This document shows, piece by piece, positions 10,669 through 21,340 of a DNA stretch of 36,117 nt (the first letter of the stretch is position 1; each line of letters begins with the position of its first letter). Both the position numbers and the translations under genes were made by a program. Under the pieces are notes generated by a model. It had not been told where the DNA came from, ran no database searches, and saw only the letters and a program-made list of their open reading frames with translations. Source of the stretch: Octopus bimaculoides (Eukaryota); assembly GCF_001194135.2 (NCBI RefSeq), contig NC_068986.1, forward strand, positions 83,262,749 through 83,298,865, written 5' to 3'.

Positions 10669-10720
10669 ATGTTTTCTATGGTACATATTGTTTGCATCCT
10701 TGTTTGTATAATACTGATAC
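10669..10720 (+). CDS. PXYLP1: PXYLP1-like gene, first coding exon (signal anchor MFSMVHIVCILVCIILI; exon 10621-10720)
   Basis: Acceptor TTTCAG at 10620 after a long T tract and donor C|GTAAGT at 10721 (phase 1). The hydrophobic stretch continues in frame into the next exon (QLSICY), as expected for a type II Golgi protein. Confidence 0.65.
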
Positions 10721-11068
10721 GTAAGTATATTTTTGTAGTAGTTTTTTTTGTAAAATTTTTTTCTAATTTAAAAAATCTTGTTTATGAAAATGGTGAGGAA
10801 ACATGGACTGAAAGATTTTAGGAATTAAAATGAATAGTTTCAATCCTAACTTAACAATATTTATAATGTACTTTTAATCTTAGCTTCCATTTATATTTTC
10901 TTTGTTTATTTGTAGAGACTTGTATGCTTGGATGGAATTTTATAAACTATTTAAATATTGAATGAATGAGAATTTTCTAGACATTGACATTGAAAGCACA
11001 AATAACATGTAAGCTTAACTGTGTGTGGATATCAATAATAGCATGGCACTTGGTTTTGAGGTTTTTCC

Positions 11069-11440
11069 TGTGTGGTAAGTAGCTTGCTTACCAACCACAT
11101 GGTCCCAGGTTCAGTCCCACTGTGTGGCACCTTGGGCAAGTGTCATCTACTATAGCCTTGGGCCGACCAAAGCCTTGTGAGTGGATTTGGTAGACGGAAA
11201 CTGAAAGAAGCCTGTCATATAAATGTATATATATATATGTTTGTATGTCTGTGTTTGTCCTCCAACATCGCTTGACAACCGATGCTGGTGTGTTTATGTC
11301 CCCGTAACTTAGCGGTTCGGCAAAAGAGACCGATAGAATAAGTACTAAGCTTATAAGGAAAAAGTCCTGGGGTCGATTTGCTCGACTAAAGGTGGTGCTC
11401 CAGCATGGCCACAGTCAAAAGACTGAAACGAGTAAAAGAG
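11069..11440 (+). mobile_element. tRNA-derived SINE (CORE-like, octopus-type) in intron
   Basis: TGTGTGGTAAGTAGCTTGCTTACCAACCACATGGTCCCAGGTTCAGTCCCAC (B-box-like GGTTCAGTCC), then CTTGGGCAAGTG, an internal TA/TG microsatellite and the 3' GACTGAAACGAGTAAAAGA. Three copies in the window. Confidence 0.85.
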
Positions 11441-11797
11441 ATATAAATGACTTTTTAGCTTTTGTATCATTTACACAATGAAAGTATCTGAATTAGGCTA
11501 CTAAGCCATTTAAACCAAAAGTCTCCAAGTAAAATCTTTGTTAGGTTAAGAATTTTTAGTCTTACATGATATACAAAATTAGTAATTATATGTTCCAAAA
11601 CAAGTCTATTATAAAGTATTTTTCTACATAACAAAAATCAATAACTTTCTCAAAGTGAGGCACATGTTTGTGCATTTTTGTTTGTGACAGATGGGAGAGT
11701 GAAGAGGCAGTAAAGATAGTTTTTCACTGTTCATATAAAATGTAAATTTTCAGTTAATTGTTTTCACATATGGAACCTTGTGTTAATTATATTTCAG

Positions 11798-12019
11798 AAC
11801 TTTCAATTTGTTATAAATTAGTTTTAAAATCTTCAAGTGAAAAACTGCCAACAGATCAGTTCCAAAATTTTCAAGTAAAATACCATCAAAAGAGAAGTTT
11901 GTCAGTTATAAAGTCGTCATCATCTGAGAAACAAACACCATATAGAACACTCCTTCAGCATCCAAGAGTGATTAAAGCATGTGAAGGGTTTCGTGCAGCA
12001 AGATCTCAAAAATACAAAG
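11798..12019 (+). CDS. PXYLP1: PXYLP1-like gene, second coding exon (lumenal stem region)
   Basis: Acceptor ATTTCAG at 11797, an open frame (LSICYKLVLK...HPRVIKACEGFRAARSQKYK-G) and donor AAG|GCAAGT at 12020. Phase 1 at both ends matches both neighbours. The Cys ~14 residues before the junction Gly parallels PXYLP1 'YCN...EG'. Confidence 0.7.
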
Positions 12020-12196
12020 GCAAGTTTTATTTTCTCTAAAATTTCTGTTTATCAAAATGAAGTCAAACTATGTATGGCACTACTCATTTGCATAATGGTT
12101 GGAATTTCATGGTTTGATATAATTACTAGGGTAACATGTACATATATTTATGTGTATGTAAGTATCATTGTCATCATTGATTCCATTATTGCTCAA

Positions 12197-12263
12197 TAAA
12201 CTTGAAACCACAAATTTTACGATCACAAGTCAGCTGCCTTAACCACTGGGCCATTGTGCCTCC
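12197..12263 (-). mobile_element. tRNA-like SINE head fragment
   Basis: Reverse complement GGAGGCACAATGGCCCAGTGGTTAAGGCAGCTGACTTGTGATCG...GTGGTTTCAAG has an A-box (TGGCCCAGTGG) and a degenerate B-box but no complete cloverleaf. Confidence 0.55.
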
Positions 12264-12277
12264 ACACACATACATAT

Positions 12278-12600
12278 TGTGTGGTAAGTAACTTGCTTGC
12301 CAACCACATGGTTCCAGGTTCAGTCCTACTGCATGGCACCTTGGGCAAGTGTCTTCTACTATAGCCTTAGGCCAACCAAAGCTTTGTGAATGGATTTGGT
12401 AGACGGAAACTGAAAGAAGCCCGTCATATATATATGTTTGTGTGTCTGTGTTTGTTGGTGTGTTTACATCTCCATAATTTAGCAAAAGAGAACGATAGAA
12501 TAAGTACTAGGCTTACAAAGAATAAGTCTTGGGGTCGATTTGTTTGATTAAAGGTGGTACTCCAGCATGGCCGCAGTCAAGTGACTGAAACAAATAAAAG
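12278..12600 (+). mobile_element. tRNA-derived SINE (CORE-like, octopus-type) in intron
   Basis: Same family as 11069-11440. Confidence 0.85.
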
Positions 12601-12842
12601 AATATATATACATATATACACATACATATGTACATACATATATATATACATGTATATATATACGCACATATATATATATATACATGTATCTATATATGCA
12701 TATATATATATNNNNNNNNNNNNNNNNNNNNNNNNNNNNNNNNNNNNNNNNNNNNNNNNNNNNNNNNNNNNNNNNNNNNNNNNNNNNNNNNNNNNNNNNN
12801 NNNNNNNNNNNTATACATACATATGTATATGATATAATGAGA

Positions 12843-13100
12843 ACGCATGGCATAGTGGTTAGGGTGTTGCACTCACAATTGCAAGATTGGTTACAATTCC
12901 TAGGCCAGGTGGTGCGTTATGTTCTTCAAGAAAATACTTCCTCTTACATTGCTCTCCAATCACTTTGACACCAGACATGTGGTATGCTGTGTACCTGTTC
13001 AGGCAATGTTGCTTTGATGGAGGGAGTGAGCTAGTATATAACACATACATTTGATCACTATAGACAAGCTGAACCCTCATGTCTTTGATGGGAGAGTTCA
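12843..13100 (+). mobile_element. Second tRNA-headed SINE family, decayed
   Basis: Starts GCATGGCATAGTGGTTAGGGTGTTGCACTCACAAT (A-box-like TGGCATAGTGG). The 3' limit is approximate. Confidence 0.45.
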
Positions 13101-13188
13101 TTTTACAAACATACATACAAACAAATGTAAGAAGTGCTTTCACATGAAGCACCAGGTCCTGAGCCACTGATGTAGCTTCATGATGATG

Positions 13189-13492
13189 ATCATCATCATC
13201 GTTTAACGTCCGCTTTCCATGCTAGCATGGGTTGGACGATTTGACTGAGGACTGGTGAAACCGGATGGCAACACCAGGCTCCAGTCTGATTTGGCAGTTT
13301 CTACAGCTGGATGCCCTTCCTAACGCCAACCACTCAGAGAGTGTAGTGGGTGCTTTTTCGTGTCACCCGCACGAAAACGGCCACGCTCGAAATGGTGTCT
13401 TTTATGTGCCACCCGCACAAGCCAGTCCAGGGGCACTGGCAACGATCTCGCTCGAAAATCCTACAGGAGCCAGTCAGGCGGTACTGGCAACG
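13189..13492 (-). mobile_element. RTE-LINE 3' end with (CAT)n tail on + strand, runs into gap
   Basis: Near-identical to 17203-17457 and the reverse complement of 4495-4795. Confidence 0.85.
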
Positions 13493-14268
13493 NNNNNNNN
13501 NNNNNNNNNNNNNNNNNNNNNNNNNNNNNNNNNNNNNNNNNNNNNNNNNNNNNNNNNNNNNNNNNNNNNNNNNNNNNNNNNNNNNNNNNNNNNNNNNNNN
13601 NNNNNNNNNNNNNNNNNNNNNNNNNNNNNNNNNNNNNNNNNNNNNNNNNNNNNNNNNNNNNNNNNNNNNNNNNNNNNNNNNNNNNNNNNNNNNNNNNNNN
13701 NNNNNNNNNNNNNNNNNNNNNNNNNNNNNNNNNNNNNNNNNNNNNNNNNNNNNNNNNNNNNNNNNNNNNNNNNNNNNNNNNNNNNNNNNNNNNNNNNNNN
13801 NNNNNNNNNNNNNNNNNNNNNNNNNNNNNNNNNNNNNNNNNNNNNNNNNNNNNNNNNNNNNNNNNNNNNNNNNNNNNNNNNNNNNNNNNNNNNNNNNNNN
13901 NNNNNNNNNNNNNNNNNNNNNNNNNNNNNNNNNNNNNNNNNNNNNNNNNNNNNNNNNNNNNNNNNNNNNNNNNNNNNNNNNNNNNNNNNNNNNNNNNNNN
14001 NNNNNNNNNNNNNNNNNNNNNNNNNNNNNNNNNNNNNNNNNNNNNNNNNNNNNNNNNNNNNNNNNNNNNNNNNNNNNNNNNNNNNNNNNNNNNNNNNNNN
14101 NNNNNNNNNNNNNNNNNNNNNNNNNNNNNNNNNNNNNNNNNNNNTATATATGAACAGTAAATTGTTTTTCAAAACTTATATAAATTTTAATTTATTGTGA
14201 AATTGAATGAAACTATGCCATTCATATTTATCTTTTCAACGTTTGATTTATTTTTCATTCAAATATAG

Positions 14269-15449
14269 GTAATTTCAACAGGCTTTTTTCTGGCTACAAA
14301 CTTGTTCAAGTTCATACTTTCTTAAGTTCTGGACAAACTCTACCAGAACAAATACCTGCACTCAGATCACCAATGATTACCTGTAAGATAACAAGTCTCT
14401 TGTCAGATAATCCTAAAGTAAGGTTATTTGAAGAGAGTGTTTCTTTACACCAGAAGCTTCAAAAAAGACCCAGTAGTTTAAAAATATTCCCACCAACATC
14501 TAGAAAACATGTTTGCTTTTTAGGGGACCTTACACCTTATGGAATCCTTCAGCAAATTGAGCATGGTGAATTTTTGAGAGAAGTTTATAGTCATAGGCTG
14601 AAAAATACAGCTCTTGAAAAGTTGTTTACTATACAGACCATTCCAGAAAAACTTCAGTACCAAAATTCTCTTGCTTTTGCAGTTGGCTTTCTTACACAGA
14701 AACAATTTAGTCGTATACATGTTGGTAAATCTCTTCCAGATTTTGCTTCTAGGTCCATGAATAAACATCTTAATTGTCCTAAATTAAATATGTTTTCTTC
14801 ACAAGTAGAAAATGCTATAAATTCTGGTCAGTTTATTTTTAAAGAAGCACATCCATCCACCAAACGTTTAGTTAGCCTTTTTAATTTTACAGATATTATT
14901 AAATCTTCTTCATTGGAAATTCTTCAAACTACGTTATCTTACTTGTGCAATAAAATCTCTCCTGTTTGTCGTAAGGATAAGCCTTGCATAAGAATTACAT
15001 CCAAGGGGTTAACAGAAACTGTCAGAATGACTGACAACTACTTCAAAAATCTCATTGTAAACCCTTTGTTTACTGAAATTTCAAAGTTGTCCACATTTCC
15101 AGCTTTTCAGGGAATTATGGAAAGTATCGACAATAGCAAAATATTTTTCCATACATATTCCTCCAAGCTTTCTTTTCTATTGTATTTGCTTCGAACTCTG
15201 GGGCTCACAATTACTGAAAGGCCTCTGTCAGTGAGTCATTTCATTTTTGAAGTTTATGCTAATAGTGAAGGCTCAAAATTTTTCCGTATCCTTTTTAATG
15301 GTGAAGATTTAACAAATCAAGTGCTCTCTTGTAAGAATACTGCAGCTTCATTTTCAAATCTCTGTCCGTTAAGCATTTTAAATAATTTTATTACTCATGG
15401 GATATTTAAACAATTTAAAAGTCAAACCTACACAGAAGCATGTCAGTAG
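14269..15449 (+). CDS. PXYLP1: PXYLP1/ACPL2-like histidine acid phosphatase domain, terminal exon; catalytic motifs absent
   Basis: Acceptor ATAG at 14268 and a 1.18-kb open frame. From recall of human PXYLP1: GYKLVQVHTFLSSGQTLP vs FKLVSVHVFIRHGDRYP; CFLGDLTPYGILQQIEHGEFLREVY vs CEMGELTQTGVVQHLQNGQLLRDIY; NSLAFAVGFL vs SGLALLYGFL; YSSKLSFLLYLLRTLGL vs YSAHDVTLSPVLSALGL; FRILFNGEDLT vs VRILYNGVDVT; LCPLS vs MCPLE; YTEACQ* vs YYDACH. Spliced product ~484 aa vs ~480 aa in human. Confidence 0.9.
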
Positions 15450-16171
15450 AATCTTNNNNNNNNNNNNNNNNNNNNNNNNNNNNNNNNNNNNNNNNNNNNN
15501 NNNNNNNNNNNNNNNNNNNNNNNNNNNNNNNNNNNNNNNNNNNNNNNNNNNNNNNNNNNNNNNNNNNNNNNNNNNNNNNNNNNNNNNNNNNNNNNNNNNN
15601 NNNNNNNNNNNNNNNNNNNNNNNNNNNNNNNNNNNNNNNNNNNNNNNNNNNNNNNNNNNNNNNNNNNNNNNNNNNNNNNNNNNNNNNNNNNNNNNNNNNN
15701 NNNNNNNNNNNNNNNNNNNNNNNNNNNNNNNNNNNNNNNNNNNNNNNNNNNNNNNNNNNNNNNNNNNNNNNNNNNNNNNNNNNNNNNNNNNNNNNNNNNN
15801 NNNNNNNNNNNNNNNNNNNNNNNNNNNNNNNNNNNNNNNNNNNNNNNNNNNNNNNNNNNNNNNNNNNNNNNNNNNNNNNNNNNNNNNNNNNNNNNNNNNN
15901 NNNNNNNNNNNNNNNNNNNNNNNNNNNNNNNNNNNNNNNNNNNNNNNNNNNNNNNNNNNNNNNNNNNNNNNNNNNNNNNNNNNNNNNNNNNNNNNNNNNN
16001 NNNNNNNNNNNNNNNNNNNNNNNNNNNNNNNNNNNNNNNNNNNNNNNNNNNNNNNNNNNNNNNNNNNNNNNNNNNNNNNNNNNNNNNNNNNNNNNNNNNN
16101 NNNNNNNNNNNNNNNNNNNNNNNNNNNNNNNNNNNNNNNNNNNNNNNNNNNNNNNNNNNNNNNNNNNNNNN

Positions 16172-16213
<42 letters not shown>

Positions 16214-17202
16214 TCATGCTTTGTTTTAACTAGTTTTATTCAGATTATTTAATCTTTTGATGAAAAAAAAAGTAATGAAATTAAAAATAGTAAGATGTTA
16301 AAGTGCAGGTAAACAGATGTAATATGTATGAATTTAGTTAAGGTAAGTAATAAAACTGGAATAAGTGTGTGTAGGTCTAGTGGTTGTAAAACAATATATT
16401 TAGGATAATAGAATTCTAACACATTTGATTCTTTGTTCAGTTATTCATTACATTGTTTCTAATTTTCAGAGTCCCATATAATTAGCAATTAGTCCCTAGC
16501 CACTAAGCTGACTTCTCAAATCGAGTTTTCATTTCAAATTGTAATCATTTTTGTGTCATTTGTACTGCTCTAGAAAAAAAGCATATATGTCAGTCTCATT
16601 TTCTTTGTATCTTTTCAATCCGAGATCTTGTGCCTATGACAGAAATATTCACAAAATATGAAAAATTTTAGATTCATCGTTGTTGCCAAAATCATTCTTT
16701 TACATCTGCTTTCCATATTACCATGGTTTTGACAAGTTCTCATAGTCTGAGTTACCGAGTCGGTACTTATTCAATTATTGTCCTTTTAGGTTGGAAGACC
16801 AAATTCTTACTTGTACATTCCACTTTTGGCATGGTTTCTTTGACTGGATGCCCTTAGCACTAACTTCAGTGTGTACTGGGTGCATTCTATTGTAACACAA
16901 ACATTAAAGAAGTCCATGTCCTTGTCCAGATTAAAGGCCTTCTCAACCCTATGTTGCTTTTGTTTATTTGTCAACTATTACTATTTGTATTCTATCCTTC
17001 ATGTGGACTAACATTACACATCCAAAATACGGCCATTTCTTTCTAGTCTTTGCACTTTGTTCATAAGCAGCATACTATCTACCTGTCACTCTGAGAAAGA
17101 AATTTTCTGTTATCAATAGAAATTGAAATTTTTCTACCTGTTGTTACTATGGTGACTGTGCTTTTAGAGTGCATACTCTAAAAGCCACTGCAAATTATGT
17201 CA

Positions 17203-18655
17203 CATCATCATCATCATCATCATCGTTTAACGTCCGCTTTCCATGCTAGCATGGGTTGGACGATTTGACTGAGGACTGGTGAAACCGGATGGCAACACCA
17301 GGCTCCAGTCTGATTTGGCAGAGTTTCTACAGCTGGATGCCCTTCCTAACGCCAACCACTCAGAGAGTGTAGTGGGTGCTTTTACGTGTCACCCGCACGA
17401 AAACGGCCACGCTCGAAATGGTGTCTTTTATGTGCCACCCGCACAAGCCAGTCCAGGNNNNNNNNNNNNNNNNNNNNNNNNNNNNNNNNNNNNNNNNNNN
17501 NNNNNNNNNNNNNNNNNNNNNNNNNNNNNNNNNNNNNNNNNNNNNNNNNNNNNNNNNNNNNNNNNNNNNNNNNNNNNNNNNNNNNNNNNNNNNNNNNNNN
17601 NNNNNNNNNNNNNNNNNNNNNNNNNNNNNNNNNNNNNNNNNNNNNNNNNNNNNNNNNNNNNNNNNNNNNNNNNNNNNNNNNNNNNNNNNNNNNNNNNNNN
17701 NNNNNNNNNNNNNNNNNNNNNNNNNNNNNNNNNNNNNNNNNNNNNNNNNNNNNNNNNNNNNNNNNNNNNNNNNNNNNNNNNNNNNNNNNNNNNNNNNNNN
17801 NNNNNNNNNNNNNNNNNNNNNNNNNNNNNNNNNNNNNNNNNNNNNNNNNNNNNNNNNNNNNNNNNNNNNNNNNNNNNNNNNNNNNNNNNNNNNNNNNNNN
17901 NNNNNNNNNNNNNNNNNNNNNNNNNNNNNNNNNNNNNNNNNNNNNNNNNNNNNNNNNNNNNNNNNNNNNNNNNNNNNNNNNNNNNNNNNNNNNNNNNNNN
18001 NNNNNNNNNNNNNNNNNNNNNNNNNNNNNNNNNNNNNNNNNNNNNNNNNNNNNNNNNNNNNNNNNNNNNNNNNNNNNNNNNNNNNNNNNNNNNNNNNNNN
18101 NNNNNNNNNNNNNNNNNNNNNNNNNNNNNNNNNNNNNNNNNNNNNNNNNNNNNNNNNNNNNNNNNNNNNNNNNNNNNNNNNNNNNNNNNNNNNNNNNNNN
18201 NNNNNNNNNNNNNNNNNNNNNNNNNNNNNNNNNNNNNNNNNNNNNNNNNNNNNNNNNNNNNNNNNNNNNNNNNNNNNNNNNNNNNNNNNNNNNNNNNNNN
18301 NNNNNNNNNNNNNNNNNNNNNNNNNNNNNNNNNNNNNNNNNNNNNNNNNNNNNNNNNNNNNNNNNTCTCTGTACATGGCTCGCACAGCTCTCACTAGCCA
18401 TTCTTCTATCCCAAGTTTCCTCATTGACCACCAGATAAGGGATCGGGGGACCCTGTCAAAGGCTTTCTCCATGTCAACGAAAGCCAGGTACAGAGGTTTA
18501 TCCTTGGCTAGGTATTTCTCTTGCAACTGTCTCACTAGAAATAAGGCATCAGTAGTGCTTTTACCTGGCACGAACCCAAACTGCATCTCATCTAAATTGA
18601 TTCGCTCCCTAATTAGTTGGGCTATGACCCTCTCTGTAACTTTCATAACCTGATA
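17203..18655 (-). mobile_element. 5'-truncated RTE LINE (RT fragment 18366-18655; 3' end 17203-17457; middle in gap)
   Basis: Minus strand KVTERVIAQLIRERINLDEMQFGFVPGKSTTDALFLVRQLQEKY...AFVDMEKAFDRVPR, uninterrupted. The RTE tail lies on the same strand across the gap. Joining across the gap is an inference. Confidence 0.8.
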
Positions 18656-19787
18656 ACAAAAGCTTTCAACTGCTTCTAGGGAAATGTTCAGGTATAATTA
18701 ATTTTACTTGTGCCCTTAGTGCTTACTGTACACGTATATCTTGCACAAATGAAATGTACTTTCTGTTAGCCTATCTATGATCCCACTATGCCTCTTGTAT
18801 GTCCATAGCTTACACTGGATGCGTTAAGGAATTTCTATCTACTTGTTTTCTGCATATTGAGCTTAGATAATTTTCTGATGGTAGCATGATCCCATCTTTT
18901 ATTTTTGCTTACTTTACTGCAAGGGCTTCTGATTATTTTAGTTATATTTAGAGACTTTTCTTTGAAGCTCTAAAGTGCTAATATTTAATTACCATTCCTA
19001 ATTAATAGCATTCTAGTTCCAAAAGAAAACATACAGTAATGTTTACACTTATGGTAAATGTTAAAAATATAGTTTACTTTATGTGACTTAGATATCCTAT
19101 TATTAAATTTATTTGAAAATTATAGTTTTTTTTCTTTACATCAGGGTGTTCTGCTTTTCTAAAATATTTTCATGATTAATTATGTTACATATTCATTTGT
19201 CTGTCTGTCATCTAATTTGGGATTGTATATAAAATAAAATCACATACAGAGTGTATTAGCATATATATGTCATTTGTAAACACAAATGCATACACAGGTT
19301 TGTGTTTAAATTTATGTTTATTATATGCAGTTATGACAGTTTAATTTATACATACACATAACTCGCATACAAGTGAGTTAAATACATTGGATGATTGTTA
19401 TTTATGCTTCTTTTATACAATTAAGAAATAATAAAATAAATGTTGGTGTGTAAAAATCTATCACTGAATGTGTTCATCCGTGCAGGATTGGAAAAATCTT
19501 TGATATTTTGGCAGTAACAAGTTGGGCAAAATACCTTGTATTTAGATCTCATGTTGATTAAAATACTGTTAAATTTTAGTGAGCTTTGTCAGTAAAATCA
19601 CAGCAGCAATTGAATAACCATACCACCTCCCTATAAATTTGGCCACTTATTGAAGTATGGATCCTCAGCTTTTCAACTTTTTCAGTAATCCTTTTAATTA
19701 AATCACTTTTGCATTTAGTGTTTTGAACAGATTTATAATCTACAAAAAAAAAAACTAATTTCTTTCATTTTTGAATACACATTACTT

Positions 19788-20386
19788 GGATCTTTTTTAA
19801 AACGGGGGCCACATTTTTCATTGACGAAACACTTTGAAACTTGGAACACTGGTAGAATGTGTCATATAAAACATCTTTTTCTCTTAGTCTTCTTAAAAAA
19901 AAAAGAAATCCCTAAGTTATTCCATGTTAAAGTTGTCGTATTTCTGTAATTTCAACCAACCACTGACGTCCATTCAGCCGATATACATTAAGTGCCGACT
20001 ACATAAACAAACGATTCTGAAACAATTCTATCGGTGATAGGGTTAGGGTTAAGGTAAAACAGCAAATTTAAAAAGAAAAGAGCAAATAAAACGAAGAGAA
20101 AAAAAAGAAAATGAAAAAAGCAAATTTAAAATGAAAAAAGCAAATAAAACGAAGCTATGGCTTAATCAGCCAAAGGAGTAAATGTAAACAACTGAATACT
20201 TGTCAGTGATTGGTTGAAATTATCGAAATAAGACAATTTTTTACATGAAATAAATTCGAATACAAAAATATTTTTCTGTTCTATAACACAAAATAGATAA
20301 GTATACGAAGTTTGAAAGTCTTTCGGTACCAAAAACACTACGTAAAACATTAATGAAAAATGTGGCCCCCGTTTTAAAAAAGATCC
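19788..20386. mobile_element. 599-bp MITE, Merlin-like
   Basis: 35-bp perfect TIR GGATCTTTTTTAAAACGGGGGCCACATTTTTCATT, with further imperfect inner similarity. Exact 8-bp TSD CATTACTT at 19780-19787 and 20387-20394. Confidence 0.9.
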
Positions 20387-21000
20387 CATTACTTTCATTA
20401 TTTGGGAATCTAATACAGCTGTGTTACAAAATTTTAATCTTTATCCATGTAATTAAAAGCATTGGATTGAGATTAATTTTTATGAACAAACTTTTATCTC
20501 GCTTTAAAAATTAAAATTGGGGATGGGGAGATTCTAAACCTGATATTCAAAACAAAATCTGGAGAAAACAAGGTCCTATAAAAAAAGTTAGACTGGGGTT
20601 AAACATTTCCAACATAACTGTATGTGGCTAAATTTGTAGTTCGTGTCAACAAAGAAATAATAATTATTATTGTCATTGATGAAAGTGAAATGGAAGTATT
20701 AGACAAAATACTTGTTGGCACTTGGTTTCTTTTCTTTTTTTTTTTTTGTCTCTAGGTGTAATAAAATATGTTCAGTCAATATAAATTGATAGCACAAATC
20801 TAAATTAGTAGCTTTGTGTTGGTACAGCTGTGGATTCCTAATGAACACTATCTCTACATCTGTTGACAGAAACTTGCAATAAAAACATAGTTTTGCTGCT
20901 ATGCTGAATAAAGCATTAGTTAGCTCAATTTTCATGTTACTGAGTTGTTTAAAGATTTCTCCTTTTCTGTTCAGATGTTTAGTCAGTATCTCTTGATACA

Positions 21001-21028
21001 GCTGACCACAGCCAGTGAGCTGAGCAGC
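21001..21028 (+). promoter_or_regulatory. IRE-like stem-loop, copy 1
   Basis: GCTG-ACC-ACAGC-[CAGTGA]-GCTGA-GCAGC. C six nt before the loop, 4-bp upper stem plus an A-A mismatch. Confidence 0.45.
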
Positions 21029-21307
21029 ATCTGTGATACTTTATAATATATCATTGTAATAATCTTTTTTATACAAATTATGAAAAACAATTTTTGTGCA
21101 TGTTATGCTGGATTTTTTCTTTTTTAGATTCAAACAGGCACAAAAACATTAACATCACACATTCATATTTCATTACATTTTCATATATTTATTGTTTTAT
21201 TTTTTTTTTATAACAATGTATTATTTTTATATGTTATTTTTTATTTTATAATTTTTCCCCCTTTTAATTAAAGAGGGATTAGATGCCCCCTTATATACTA
21301 ATGGCTA

Positions 21308-21340
21308 TCCTTGTGTCAACCAGTGTTTTGTTGAACAGGA
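21308..21340 (+). promoter_or_regulatory. IRE-like stem-loop, copy 2
   Basis: TCC-T-TGT-G-TCAAC-[CAGTGTTTT]-GTTGA-ACA-GGA. Confidence 0.4.

Noticed and set aside
12197-12263. tRNA gene
   Set aside because: A-box present, but the B-box and acceptor stem are degenerate. It is better explained as a SINE head.
14325-14345. Restoration of the RHG active site by A-to-I RNA editing
   Set aside because: AGT TCT cannot become Arg-His codons by A-to-G changes, and AAG CTT cannot become His-Asp.
12548-18653. Long ORFs in the track containing X runs or (IY)n
   Set aside because: Artefacts of N gaps and TA microsatellites. Only the RTE RT part at 18366-18646 is real.
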